A stretch of DNA of 64,000 bases, taken from an uncultured delta proteobacterium (lineage in GTDB: Bacteria > Desulfobacterota > Desulfobacteria > Desulfobacterales > QNYZ01). The stretch covers positions 41,858 to 105,857 of the forward strand of contig CAWJQU010000015.1 of assembly GCA_963845145.1 (NCBI GenBank), given 5' to 3'. The notes below the pieces were generated by a model that ran no database searches, was not told the origin of the DNA, and saw only the letters and a program-made list of their open reading frames with translations. The position numbers and the translations under genes were made by a program. How positions within the stretch are numbered: position 1 is the stretch's first letter; each line of letters opens with the position of its first letter. Shown here one piece after another: positions 1-10,489 of this stretch.

Positions 1-831
1 GGGCCGCCCGAATTGCTCGCGTTCCTGGGAATATTTTAAGGTCATATCGAGACAGCCCTGGGCTCCCCCGAGGCCCATGGCGCCAATGGAGAGACGACCA
101 CCGTCTAACGTCTGCATCATCTGCTGAAATCCATGCCCGCGCTGGCCCAACAAATTTTCTTTGGGTACCCGACAATCATCGAAATAGAGCTCACTGGTAT
201 TGGAACCGCGCCACATCATTTTGCCGTGCATCGGCTTCGCCAGGTATCCGGGATTTCCCGACTCCACCAGAATGCACGATAATTCCGGTTTGCCGTCATC
301 CCGCGTGCCGGTCCGGCAAAGGACGGTAACCCCGGTGGTAATGTCGGTGGATGCATTGGTAATGAAGATCTTCGTTCCGTTAATCACCCATTCTTCGCCG
401 TCTAAAACCGCTCTGGTTTGCGCATTCCCTGCATCGGAGCCGGCATTGGGTTCGGTCAGCCCAAAACCCCATAATGCCTCACCCTGGCAAAGGGGTGGCA
501 GATATTTTCGTTTTTGTGCCTCGCTTCCAAAATAATAAAGGGGGCCGATTCCCAAAGAATTTTCAGCAGCTACGGTGGCGGCGTGGGAGCCGTCCACACG
601 GGCAATCTCCTCGGTGGCGATGATGTAAGAGACATAATCCATGGCCTGCCCGCCGTATTCTTCGGAGACAAAAATCCCAAATAGCCCCATTTCAGCCATC
701 TTAGCCATGGTTTCGTAAGAAAACGCCTCCGCTTTATCCAACTCGTCGGCCACTGGACGAATTTCGCTCTCGGCGAATTTTCTCACCGTATCCCGCAGTA
801 TTTCCTGATCCATGGTTAAACTAAAATCCAT
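1..831 (-). CDS. Acyl-CoA dehydrogenase (runs off the left edge of the window)
   Basis: Manual translation from ATG at 831 (RBS GGAG): MDFSLTMDQEILRDTVRKFAESEIRPVADELD...GFGLTEPNAGSDA...WVINGTKIFITN...TLDGGRLSIGAMGLG...REQFGRP; not in the ORF track because it has no stop inside the window. Confidence 0.93.
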   Translation of the reverse strand, partial: MDFSLTMDQEILRDTVRKFAESEIRPVADELDKAEAFSYETMAKMAEMGLFGIFVSEEYGGQAMDYVSYIIATEEIARVDGSHAATVAAENSLGIGPLYYFGSEAQKRKYLPPLCQGEALWGFGLTEPNAGSDAGNAQTRAVLDGEEWVINGTKIFITNASTDITTGVTVLCRTGTRDDGKPELSCILVESGNPGYLAKPMHGKMMWRGSNTSELYFDDCRVPKENLLGQRGHGFQQMMQTLDGGRLSIGAMGLGGAQGCLDMTLKYSQEREQFGRP

Positions 832-1120
832 ACTTACTCCTTTCGGGTGACCCCGTTAGGCCTTTTTTGGCCATTAGATCTTTCCCTTTAGGTCCAGGAT
901 AGTAGATCCAGGATAGTAGATCAAGGGTTGGAAAATGCGCCGAATTGTCTGATGATTCGGTATTCTACAAATCGACACGATCAAGGTCAACACCAAAAAA
1001 ACAGCCCTATCCGGGAAATCAACAGGTGATTGGGTAAATCAAACGGGTAGAAATATTCCGGATCGATGGTTATAGTATCGTCTATCAAAAATATGTGGAT
1101 ACTAAAATCATAAAGGACTT

Positions 1121-4100
1121 GTGATTATGAAAACCGTTCGAACATATCCGTTGATCTCTATTCTATTTCTCTCTTTGCTTTTGAGCGCAAATGTTATCGC
1201 AAATACGACGGAACCACCGATCAATATCGATGTCAAGGAATTTACCCTCGACAACGGTATGCTATTTCTGGTTGTTGAGCGCCCTGCAACGCCTCAGGTT
1301 TCCTGCCGATTGGCTATTCGAGCGGGTTCTGCCCTGGAATCCACGGGCCGGACCGGCACCGCACATATGCTCGAGCACATGCTTTTCAAAGGTACCAAAA
1401 ATTTCGGAACGCTGGATCGACAAAAGGACGCTCAACTTCAAGCGGACATAGAAGCGGCCTACCAGGCCATTGCCCAGGAACAACGAAAGCGACGGCCCGA
1501 TCAAACACGGATTCAAGCAAAAATGGAAGAGATGGCCCAACTGCGCACCCAGGTTCAACAGATCTACGTCCCCCAGGCATTCTCCTCCCAGTTGGGTAAA
1601 AACGGTGCCGTGGGTGTAAACGCTTTTACCACCAAGGACCAGACGCAATATATCACCTCCGTGCCTTCGGATATGATTGAGCAGTGGTTTTCCATTGCCA
1701 GCGAACAGATCTTCGAACCGGCCTGGCGGGAATTCTACGTTGAAAAAGATGTGGTCCAGCGCGAATGGGCGTTCCGTTATATTAACAATCCCGGCGGGGC
1801 GGCCTGGCTTGATTTGTCTTCCCTGGCGTACACCGCCCACCCGTATCGAAACCCGGTTATCGGTTGGAAGGCCGATATGGAAAATTTCAACACGCTTGCA
1901 GCCCGCACGTTTCACCAACAGTTTTATCATCCGGCTAACGCCGTTGTGGTTTTAGTGGGCGATATCACTGTGGAAAAAGCGCGTCAGCTCGCTAAAGTCT
2001 ATTTCTCCCGCTATGCACCGGGCGAGCCCGCACCGGAGTCTGTTACGACCGAACCGGCCCAGCAAGGTCCCCGTGAGCAGATCCGCTATTTGAAAGGTGC
2101 ACGGACACCCCTCATTCGAATCGGGTTTCACGGCGCACGTATGGGCACCAGCGATTTTTTTGCGTTGGATGCGTTGACGATGATTCTAAGCCATGGCCGA
2201 AGCGCACGCTTTACCCGTGAAGTGGTCGACAAAGGGTTGGCCGCCCAGGCCTGGGCCTATAACCCAGACAATCGGTACGGCGGCATGGTTATATTCGGAG
2301 GCTCTCCCGTAGAACAACCGGGTACGGCAACAGAAAATGCATCCGACCAGGCGAAACGCCAAAATTACCTGGACGCCTGTCGCCGGGTCGAAAAATTGTT
2401 ATTGGATCAAGCCGAACGGCTCAAAACCGAACAGGTGTCATCACGAGATCTGGCAAGAATTATCAAGCTTAATCGCCGCGATTTTATCGACCGGTTGCGG
2501 GGCAATGAGGCGCTGGCCGGTACATTGGCCACCCTGGAGGTCCAAAGTGGCTGGCGATATTTAACCGAGTATCTGGAACAAATGGAGAAAGTAACCCCGG
2601 AGATGATTCAAAAAGTCGCACAAAAATACCTCCGCGTCGAGAACCGGACCACGGTTTTTGTCATTCCCGGCGGGACGCCTGATCAACCACCCGAGCCCTA
2701 TGCCGAAAACCGCTCCGTCAGTGGGACTTCTGCGGCAACCTTATCGCCCCCGACAGATTTCAACAACCATTCCGATTATGCGACTCCCGAAAAATGGCGG
2801 CATCCATTGTCCTTTCAACGCCAGCCTGCAAAAGTCGCCTATCCGCCGGCCGATACCGCCACAATCGAGGGGGCCCGCGTTTTTTACCTGCCCGATCGAC
2901 AGCTCCCCGTTATCGAGTTAAAGGTGTTTGTAAAAGCCGGTGAAATAGATGTTCCCGAATCGCAAACAGGCTTGGCCGACCTTTTTGGCGCAACGATTAT
3001 TCGAGGGGGTACACATAAGCTGACCCCGGACCAATTGGCGGTCACACTCGATGAGAACGCCATTGACCTATCGGTGAGTGTGAATGAAGAGTCTTCGACG
3101 ATTCACTTGTCGGTTTTAAAAGACGATTGGGAAAAGGGTTTGTCTTTATTAACATCCGTGTTGACCGAGCCGCGATTTGATCCTGCGGTGATTGCCACAA
3201 CCCAAAAAAGGATGCTAACGGCTTTAAAACGCCAGGGGGGTAGTGCTGAAAACGTTGTTCAACGAGAATGGTTTATCTGGCATTTTAAGGGTCATCCTTA
3301 CGGTCGGGACCCGCTCATGGGCCTTCAAACCATTCCAACCCTTACGACAACCGATTTGACGCACTTCTTGAAACGATTTTTTGTACCGGCCAATATGGTG
3401 ATCGCCGTCTCCGGTGACATCTCCAAAGAGAAGGCGCACCAGGGGATAACCCGCCTATTGGCATCCTTGCCGGATGAACCGGCGTTTCAGCGGGCCGTGA
3501 CGCCGCCAAAAGATACGCCGCCGGTCCTGGCTTTGATCCACAAACCCGGCCAGGTGCAATCCCAGGTCATGCTGGGTATGACGGGAATTCAACGCACCCA
3601 TCCCGACTTCTGGAAACTACGCCTACTTACCGACATTTTGGGGGGGAAAGATTCGCTCATGTATAAACGGTTGCGCGATGACCTGGGTCTGGTTTATTCG
3701 GCCGGGTTTTTTCAGACTTATCGATGGCAGGCAGGCATGCTCATGGGCTACATCGGCTGCAGGGGGGATAAGACCGACCAGGCCATAACCGAAACCATTC
3801 GCCTTATCAACACCCTTACCTCGGACGTCCCAACATCTGATTTCACACTAAAACGATTGGATGCCCTAAACAGTTTCGTGTTTAATGTGGACTCACCGGA
3901 TGCGTTGGTTTCGACCTATGCCCGCTATTTCATGCGCGACGAGCCGATGGACACTCTGGAAAGAATTCAGGAACAGTTTATTAGCGCAAAACAAGAAGAA
4001 CTGGTTCGATTGGCCGGAGACCACTTCGATACCAGCCGGCTCCAGATAGTGGTGGTGGGCGATAAAACGACCCCGGTCAGACAGGCAGATGGGACCCAGA

Positions 4101-4174
4101 CCACGCTTGAAGGGTCGCTAAAACATCTGGCGCAACAGACGGGGCTGCCATACAAGGAGTTGGCCCTTCGTTAA
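1121..4174 (+). CDS. M16 (insulinase/PqqL-like) zinc peptidase, exported, tandem M16 halves
   Basis: Signal peptide; inverted zinc motif HMLEH; NAFTT; HPYRNPVIG; second half has HPYG and LRDDLGLVYS but no HxxEH. Confidence 0.92.
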   Translation: MIMKTVRTYPLISILFLSLLLSANVIANTTEPPINIDVKEFTLDNGMLFLVVERPATPQVSCRLAIRAGSALESTGRTGTAHMLEHMLFKGTKNFGTLDRQKDAQLQADIEAAYQAIAQEQRKRRPDQTRIQAKMEEMAQLRTQVQQIYVPQAFSSQLGKNGAVGVNAFTTKDQTQYITSVPSDMIEQWFSIASEQIFEPAWREFYVEKDVVQREWAFRYINNPGGAAWLDLSSLAYTAHPYRNPVIGWKADMENFNTLAARTFHQQFYHPANAVVVLVGDITVEKARQLAKVYFSRYAPGEPAPESVTTEPAQQGPREQIRYLKGARTPLIRIGFHGARMGTSDFFALDALTMILSHGRSARFTREVVDKGLAAQAWAYNPDNRYGGMVIFGGSPVEQPGTATENASDQAKRQNYLDACRRVEKLLLDQAERLKTEQVSSRDLARIIKLNRRDFIDRLRGNEALAGTLATLEVQSGWRYLTEYLEQMEKVTPEMIQKVAQKYLRVENRTTVFVIPGGTPDQPPEPYAENRSVSGTSAATLSPPTDFNNHSDYATPEKWRHPLSFQRQPAKVAYPPADTATIEGARVFYLPDRQLPVIELKVFVKAGEIDVPESQTGLADLFGATIIRGGTHKLTPDQLAVTLDENAIDLSVSVNEESSTIHLSVLKDDWEKGLSLLTSVLTEPRFDPAVIATTQKRMLTALKRQGGSAENVVQREWFIWHFKGHPYGRDPLMGLQTIPTLTTTDLTHFLKRFFVPANMVIAVSGDISKEKAHQGITRLLASLPDEPAFQRAVTPPKDTPPVLALIHKPGQVQSQVMLGMTGIQRTHPDFWKLRLLTDILGGKDSLMYKRLRDDLGLVYSAGFFQTYRWQAGMLMGYIGCRGDKTDQAITETIRLINTLTSDVPTSDFTLKRLDALNSFVFNVDSPDALVSTYARYFMRDEPMDTLERIQEQFISAKQEELVRLAGDHFDTSRLQIVVVGDKTTPVRQADGTQTTLEGSLKHLAQQTGLPYKELALR

Positions 4175-4202
4175 ACGGACAAGGCTCTAAAGGCTCTATC
4201 GG

Positions 4203-5453
4203 TTACTCGTGTCGTAAAGCGGCCACCGGGTCCATACGTGCCGCTTGAACCGCAGGATAAAGCCCAAAGAACAACCCGGCCAGCACCGACATCACAAGCG
4301 GTGCGGTGATGGCCCAAGGGGTAATCAGGGTATGCCATCCGGAAAGATGGGCGATCATCGCCACGGCCCCGATTCCAGCGACGATACCGATCAATCCGCC
4401 GGTAAAGGTCAATATCACCGCCTCCACCAGGAATTGAACCACGATATCGTAGCGATTGGCCCCCACCGCCCGGCGGATCCCGATCTCACGTGTCCGCTCG
4501 GTGACGGTTGCCAGCATGATATTCATAATACCGATACCACCCACCAGCAGAGAGACGCCGGCAATGGCTCCCAGAACCATGTTAAAGGTACGCTGGGTCT
4601 TCTGTGCCTGTTGCAACAACTCACGGGGAATGACCATCTGGTAGTCTTTGACATTGTTATGCGTCACCTGGACGATTCGCTCAACGACATTTGCCGTATT
4701 AAGCACCTGGTCCATATGGTGAACTTGTATAATGATCTCGGACAATCCCCGTTCTTCGTCCATCGTTTCACGGTTTCCCGGCCGAATCAAACTCGATTCC
4801 GTACCCAGAGGGATAAAAATCATCTCATTGTAATTACGCACCGCAATGGCTTTCACCTTGGGATCTTTCCGGTGAAATCGGCCCAAAATTCCGATAATTC
4901 GGAATAAATGATTTTCGATTCTTACATATTGGCCCAGTTTCCCGCGCACACCCAGGCCGGCGGCAACAGCGCTTCCCAACACACAGACCATGTGTTTTTG
5001 TTGAACATCCATAGGACCGATGAAACGTCCCTGGAAGAGTTCCAAATTTTGAATGCTACCATAAGCGGCTGCAATCGCCACCGTTTGGGGGGAGACCTCG
5101 CCGCGAATATCCGGAATGGTTGCAGAGATCTCCTTTAGCGCGGCCACACGCTCTACGCCGGGAACGCCGTTTTGAATCTGAGTAATATCCCGCAACGTTA
5201 ATCCAGCGGAAAGGCCTGCACGTGCCTTTCGTTGCTGATCCGGGGTGAGACGCACCGCCTTGAGATAGATATTTCGCGTACCCAATTGTTCAATCTGCCC
5301 CACGAGTTCCTGCTTGGCCCCTTCTCCAATGGAAATCATGGATAAGACGGCCATGACGCCACATACGATTCCAAGGACACTTAACAATGACCTTAACTTA
5401 TGCTGGCGCAAGGAGCGAATGGCCGTGCGGCCCGTTTTTATCCATTTACCCAT
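4203..5453 (-). CDS. MacB/FtsX-type ABC transporter permease
   Basis: LRSLLSVLGIVCGV; VGGIGIMNIMLATVTERTREIGIRRAVGA; YPAVQAARMDPVAALRHE. Confidence 0.95.
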   Translation of the reverse strand: MGKWIKTGRTAIRSLRQHKLRSLLSVLGIVCGVMAVLSMISIGEGAKQELVGQIEQLGTRNIYLKAVRLTPDQQRKARAGLSAGLTLRDITQIQNGVPGVERVAALKEISATIPDIRGEVSPQTVAIAAAYGSIQNLELFQGRFIGPMDVQQKHMVCVLGSAVAAGLGVRGKLGQYVRIENHLFRIIGILGRFHRKDPKVKAIAVRNYNEMIFIPLGTESSLIRPGNRETMDEERGLSEIIIQVHHMDQVLNTANVVERIVQVTHNNVKDYQMVIPRELLQQAQKTQRTFNMVLGAIAGVSLLVGGIGIMNIMLATVTERTREIGIRRAVGANRYDIVVQFLVEAVILTFTGGLIGIVAGIGAVAMIAHLSGWHTLITPWAITAPLVMSVLAGLFFGLYPAVQAARMDPVAALRHE

Positions 5454-6154
5454 TAAATAATTTTTCCATCGATCATACGAATGCGCCTTTGGGCTTGTTT
5501 GGCCACATTCGGATCGTGTGTCACCATCACAATGGTGGCGCCTTGCTGATGGAGTTGTTTGAAAAGTGAAAGGATTTCAGCTCCCGTATCCGTATCCAGA
5601 TTTCCGGTGGGCTCATCGGCCAGGATCAACTTCGGCCGAATGGATATCGCCCGGGCGATGGCCACCCGTTGCATCTCGCCTCCGGAGAGTTGGGCCGGTT
5701 TATGGCTAAGCCTTTCACCAAGGCCAACCTGCTGAACCGCTTCTGTAATTCGTTGATGTGCCGCAGCGGTATTCATGGAATTGTATATAAAGGGCAATGC
5801 AACATTTTCATAAATATTGAGTGTGGAGACCAAGTTGAAGGTCTGAAACACAAAACCGATTTTCGTTGCCCGAAGGTGGGATAATTCACGGTCTGTGGCA
5901 TGTAACATATCGTTGCCGTCAAACCGATAGTCGCCTTCGGAAGGGTGATCCAGGCATCCTAAGATGTGAAGCAAGGTGGATTTACCGGACCCGGATGGGC
6001 CCATGACCGTAACAAACTCGCCGGCCTGAACTGAAAAGTTAATATGGTTTAAAATCGACAGGCGTTTTTTACCGACGGTGTATGCTTTGCTGATATCGAC
6101 CGCATGAACCAAACAAGGGGTTTTCGTTTCAACGAGTTGGGAAGTCGCAGCCAC
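5453..6154 (-). CDS. MacB/LolD-type ABC transporter ATP-binding protein
   Basis: Walker [10 protein letters not shown], signature [24 protein letters not shown]. Confidence 0.96.
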   Translation of the reverse strand: MAATSQLVETKTPCLVHAVDISKAYTVGKKRLSILNHINFSVQAGEFVTVMGPSGSGKSTLLHILGCLDHPSEGDYRFDGNDMLHATDRELSHLRATKIGFVFQTFNLVSTLNIYENVALPFIYNSMNTAAAHQRITEAVQQVGLGERLSHKPAQLSGGEMQRVAIARAISIRPKLILADEPTGNLDTDTGAEILSLFKQLHQQGATIVMVTHDPNVAKQAQRRIRMIDGKII

Positions 6155-6161
6155 AGATGGC

Positions 6162-7616
6162 TTAGTTTACCATTTCGGGGGCGGGTTTTACCAGGCTAAC
6201 CCGATCACCCGCTTCGAGTCCGGATAGAATCTGAGCAAAATCCTCATTCTGATTCCCAATGGTAATCTTCCGTTTTTTAAACTGGCGCCCCTCGAAAAGG
6301 TAGCAATAATTATGCTTAATTTCAGGAAATATCGCCTGAACCGGGATAGACAGCGTATTTCTGAGCTGATCACTTAAAATTGTGGAGCGGGCGGTCATGC
6401 CGGGGCGGAGTCTTGAGTCTTGACCTTCTACCGCAATCGTGGTCTGAAAATACTTCTCCCCCATGCCACCTTCATATCCGGTGGTTGCCAATACGCCAAC
6501 CAATGCGACTTTTCCTTTAAAAATGACCTCGGGGTAGGCGTCCACAGAAATAAGGCAATCCTGATCAAGGGTTAACTTATGCAGATCGATTTCCCTGACC
6601 TTTGTCTTAACGACCATGGAAGTAATATCAGGAAGATACAATAGGGGCTGGTTCTGCCAGATTTTGTCACCCACCCGCGGTTTTCTTTTTTGACCGTTCC
6701 GAAATGCTTCAAATAAAATCGCGATGCCCTGAAACGGGGCCTTGATGACGGCATCTTCCAATTCTTTTTCAGCGCGTACCAGCCCGGTCTCGATTACCGC
6801 CAACTTACTTTTCGATTTGTTTAGCGCAGCTGCCGCTTTGGCAATTTTATAAACACTTCCGGTTTTTGTCTGCTCTAGCTCCATGAGGGCTTTCTCGATC
6901 TTGGCCTGGGAGGCCTCAATGAGTGAGGGCAGTACATGTTCTTTATAGCTGATATATTTGCTTTCGGCGCTAGCCTGTTTCTCTTTTAGTTCGGATAGCT
7001 TCTTTCTTGCCAGGGTCAATTCGGTCGGGTTGCTTAAACCGCCGGCATTCAGCTTTTCAAGGTCACCGATGTAAGCAACATACTTTTCCTGTTCCTGTCG
7101 GGCCTTCTCCATATCCGTTTGATACTGAGTGAGCTGGATGGGCCCATCACCCTTAATCAACCTATCATGGTCGAGCTTGGCGACCTTAACATTGTATTCA
7201 GCGGTCTTGATCTCTCTTTCGACCTGATTTTTCTCCCATTTTAGAATCTGCTCTTCCGCCTCACCGGCCGCTTCCAGATTTCGAACCTCATCGTTCAGGC
7301 GAAGAATGGCTTCATCAAAAGGCGTCGGATCAAGCCTAACCAGAACATCACCTTTTTTAACATGGCTACCATCATCAATCAGATAGATAATTTTACCCTT
7401 ATCACCACGTACGGAGGATGAAACCATGTGTGACCGTGCCGCATCCAACACGCCAACGGTGCGGACCTCAATATCAAAATCTCTGGCCGTAGCCATGGCC
7501 AGCTGTTGCTCGTCCTGATCCCCATTTCCAGCCCTGTTTAACTTTGCCCCCAGAAGCCCGAGGACAACCAGGCAAAAAATGAGAATGATCAGCTTTGTGA
7601 TGCTATTGAATTTCAA
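6162..7616 (-). CDS. MacA-type periplasmic adaptor (membrane fusion protein) with long coiled coil
   Basis: N-terminal TM; GSHVKKGDVLVRLD; IKAPFQG; LRPGMTA; QILSGLEAGDRV. Confidence 0.9.
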   Translation of the reverse strand: MKFNSITKLIILIFCLVVLGLLGAKLNRAGNGDQDEQQLAMATARDFDIEVRTVGVLDAARSHMVSSSVRGDKGKIIYLIDDGSHVKKGDVLVRLDPTPFDEAILRLNDEVRNLEAAGEAEEQILKWEKNQVEREIKTAEYNVKVAKLDHDRLIKGDGPIQLTQYQTDMEKARQEQEKYVAYIGDLEKLNAGGLSNPTELTLARKKLSELKEKQASAESKYISYKEHVLPSLIEASQAKIEKALMELEQTKTGSVYKIAKAAAALNKSKSKLAVIETGLVRAEKELEDAVIKAPFQGIAILFEAFRNGQKRKPRVGDKIWQNQPLLYLPDITSMVVKTKVREIDLHKLTLDQDCLISVDAYPEVIFKGKVALVGVLATTGYEGGMGEKYFQTTIAVEGQDSRLRPGMTARSTILSDQLRNTLSIPVQAIFPEIKHNYCYLFEGRQFKKRKITIGNQNEDFAQILSGLEAGDRVSLVKPAPEMVN

Positions 7617-7696
7617 AGGTGTAGACCTTTTGTATCCTTAACGATAGATTAAAATCATTGTATATACAGTCGTCATATTTTTTACCGACATTATTT

Positions 7697-8902
7697 CTAT
7701 AAACACCACCAGGGAACTTCGCTAACCATTGATCTTTTCCCATATATTTCATTGCCCCTATAAATGATAAACCCCTTTTTTGAAATGTTTCCCTCTAACT
7801 TCATCCAGGATAACAGGTTAGACTTCATACCGGGGCTGACCGTTTTAGACGCTTTTATTTCAATGGGTAAAAGGCCCGAATTCATTTCCAAGAGCAGATC
7901 AATTTCGTTACCGGTTTTATCTCTCCAGAAATAAAAGGGCGATTTTTCTCCAGTGTGATTAACTCTTTTATAAAGCTCACTGATTACAAATGTTTCAAAA
8001 ATACTTCCCCATAGCGGGTGGCCGATTAGCTCCTTTGGTTTTCTAATAGATAAAAGGAACGAAAGAATACCTGTATCGGTAAAGTATAGTTTTGGCGTTT
8101 TCACGATCCTTTTTTTGAAATTTCGATAGTAGGGAGCAAGTAAAAAAAGAATCCCACTTGTTTCAAGAAGGGATATCCACTTCTTGGCTGTAGGCTGTGA
8201 CACACCAATTGCATTTGATATTGTCGTATAATTAATGAGTTGACCTGACATGGATGCGCAAATTTTTAAAAAATCTTCAAATAGCTTCAAGTTTTCTACA
8301 TTTACTAAGCTACGGATATCTCTTTCGACATACGTAAGGATATAATTCTCGATCCATTTGCGTGCATCCAAATTTTTATCATGAATTCTAGGATACATGC
8401 CGGTGAAAATCGTTTGGTAGATATCAATTTCGCGGCCATTTTCAATATATCCCGGCTTTATCGTGAATATGGATTCAATATCTTTTTCCGGCATTGCCTC
8501 ATGAAGCTCATTCATCGAAAATGGGAATAACTGAAAAGTAATAATCCGCCCCGCCAGCGACTGAGATATTTTTTCCATGAGGAGGAATTGTTGAGAACCG
8601 GTGAGAACATAAGTGGCTGCGGATTCATCGCTGTCTACCCTTTCCTGAAGATATGGAAAAAGGGAAGGAACTCTTTGAATTTCGTCCAGGACAAGGTTTT
8701 TACCATAATCATCAAGAAACCCGCGTGGATCATCCTGAGCCATATGGCGAAGGTCAAGATTTTCCATTGACAGATATGTATGACCTGGGAACATATATCT
8801 GGCCAAAGTGGTTTTCCCGCTCTGCCTCGGTCCAACAATGGCAACGACCGGATATTCCTTGGAATATTTTCCAATTGCATGTTCAAGGTTTCTTCGGATC
8901 AT
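7697..8902 (-). CDS. AAA_14 / DUF4143 ATP-binding protein
   Basis: GPRQSGKTT, LDEIQRVP, LTGSQ, SLAGR, PKLYFTDTG, C-terminal EIDLL...PIEIK nuclease-like motif; visibly AT-richer than its neighbours. Confidence 0.92.
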   Translation of the reverse strand: MIRRNLEHAIGKYSKEYPVVAIVGPRQSGKTTLARYMFPGHTYLSMENLDLRHMAQDDPRGFLDDYGKNLVLDEIQRVPSLFPYLQERVDSDESAATYVLTGSQQFLLMEKISQSLAGRIITFQLFPFSMNELHEAMPEKDIESIFTIKPGYIENGREIDIYQTIFTGMYPRIHDKNLDARKWIENYILTYVERDIRSLVNVENLKLFEDFLKICASMSGQLINYTTISNAIGVSQPTAKKWISLLETSGILFLLAPYYRNFKKRIVKTPKLYFTDTGILSFLLSIRKPKELIGHPLWGSIFETFVISELYKRVNHTGEKSPFYFWRDKTGNEIDLLLEMNSGLLPIEIKASKTVSPGMKSNLLSWMKLEGNISKKGFIIYRGNEIYGKRSMVSEVPWWCL

Positions 8903-8953
8903 TGTCCAAATCTAAAGTTTAATTTTTGTTTTGTCAACATAAATGGTGGATTT

Positions 8954-10390
8954 TCACCGCTCGATCAGGGTGCCCAAAACAGATCGCAAACGATAAGTTC
9001 CCACAATATAGTCGATTTCGGTGGCGAGCAGATCGACCTGGGCCCGTTGGCGCTCAGTTTCCGCTTCGATGACGTCAAAGTTATCGGCCATATCATAGTT
9101 GAATTTTACCTTGGCCAGGGCAAGCTTGGCTTCCGCCTGACCGGCCTGGTCCCGTCGAATCTGGATCCTTTCCAGATTTTTATCCAGTGCCTGCAACTGC
9201 CGTCGCACCTCCAATTTAATTTGATCTTGCTGCTGGGTAAGATTTAACTGCGCCGTCTTGACGTTTAGCATGCTTTGGCGGCGCGCAACTTTTTCACGAC
9301 TGCGGGCCCAGTCCGTATCGCTGGTCAGATTGATTGCCCAGCGATCTTCGCCCGAAGTGACGCTTTCACTGAATTCATCCGAAAAACCGAATCGTTTGTA
9401 ATCCATAACCAGATCTAACCGGGGCAACAGGTTATGTTTCGCAAGGTCGGCGTTTCTTTGGGATTCCGTAATATCGTCCTTACGTTGATCAATTTCAATC
9501 CGATGCGACAGGGCCACTTCGGTAGCATCTTTTAGCGCGATACCTATCGGTTCGAATGACATCGGTGTGGAAACAGAAAAGTCTTTTTCCAAAGGAAAAG
9601 ATAGGATAAGCTTTAACCGATCTTCAGCATTCGATAACGCTTCCTTGGCAGAGGCCAGGCTGTTTTCAGCGTCCTTTTTCCGAATTTGGGCCCGATAAAT
9701 ATCAATGGGCGTGGCCAGGCCAACCCTTTCCTTGATTTTGGCTGTGGCGGCATGTCCTTCTAACCGGTCCCGCTGAAACGAATACATTTTCACCAGTTCC
9801 GCTTGCTTGGCTATATCATAGGCGGCTGCGACAGTGTCCAACACCACATTGACACGGTTTTTGTAAATCGTTCGTTCAGATGACCGCAGGGAAAACCGAG
9901 AACCATATACGGAATCAAGATTTACTTTTTTACCAACACCCCTTAACAGCGGAATGCCAAGAGACACCGCCGTGGTGCCGGCATACTCATCCTCCGCCCA
10001 TTCGAACCCCGGTGAAAGCGATGCTCGAATACCGGAATAAAATTTTTTTCCAAAACCAATCCCGCCCCCAATGGTCTCTCTTCCGTCGTCAATTCCCACG
10101 CGACTGAAAGGCCTAATTTTGACATCAAATTCAGATCGAACGGATTCAAGCGAAAGTTGCTGGTTTTGCAAACTATACCCTGATTGAAGTAAATTCCGAT
10201 TGGCCCTTAAAGCGTAATCGATGGCTTCGGTTAGCGTTAAGGATACAGTGGCTGTTTCAGCCGATGATACGGGTTTGAAAGCCTGTGAATATACGTCCAG
10301 TGAAAACATACAAAGAAAAGCGATAAGAATCGTACAAGTTCGTATGAAACGTTTGGATGCCATTGTAATATCGCCTGAGCCAATCAACAT
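8954..10390 (-). CDS. TolC-family outer-membrane efflux protein (likely start MASKRF at 10363)
   Basis: Signal peptide; LTLTEAIDYALRAN; two OEP repeats (GLATPIDIYRAQ, DNFDVIEAE). Confidence 0.88.
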   Translation of the reverse strand: MLIGSGDITMASKRFIRTCTILIAFLCMFSLDVYSQAFKPVSSAETATVSLTLTEAIDYALRANRNLLQSGYSLQNQQLSLESVRSEFDVKIRPFSRVGIDDGRETIGGGIGFGKKFYSGIRASLSPGFEWAEDEYAGTTAVSLGIPLLRGVGKKVNLDSVYGSRFSLRSSERTIYKNRVNVVLDTVAAAYDIAKQAELVKMYSFQRDRLEGHAATAKIKERVGLATPIDIYRAQIRKKDAENSLASAKEALSNAEDRLKLILSFPLEKDFSVSTPMSFEPIGIALKDATEVALSHRIEIDQRKDDITESQRNADLAKHNLLPRLDLVMDYKRFGFSDEFSESVTSGEDRWAINLTSDTDWARSREKVARRQSMLNVKTAQLNLTQQQDQIKLEVRRQLQALDKNLERIQIRRDQAGQAEAKLALAKVKFNYDMADNFDVIEAETERQRAQVDLLATEIDYIVGTYRLRSVLGTLIER

Positions 10391-10421
10391 TTTTTTGAAA
10401 TAACCAATTATTATAATGAAA

Positions 10422-10444
10422 AAGGGGGATTATCAACCCCCCTT
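10422..10444 (-). terminator. Probable intrinsic terminator between the 390-aa gene and tolC
   Basis: Minus strand reads AAGGGGG-GTTGATAAT-CCCCCTT followed by TTTCATT. Confidence 0.55.
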
Positions 10445-10489
10445 CATTCTAATTTTCAGGACGATTAAAAAATCGCTCCAAAAATATTG

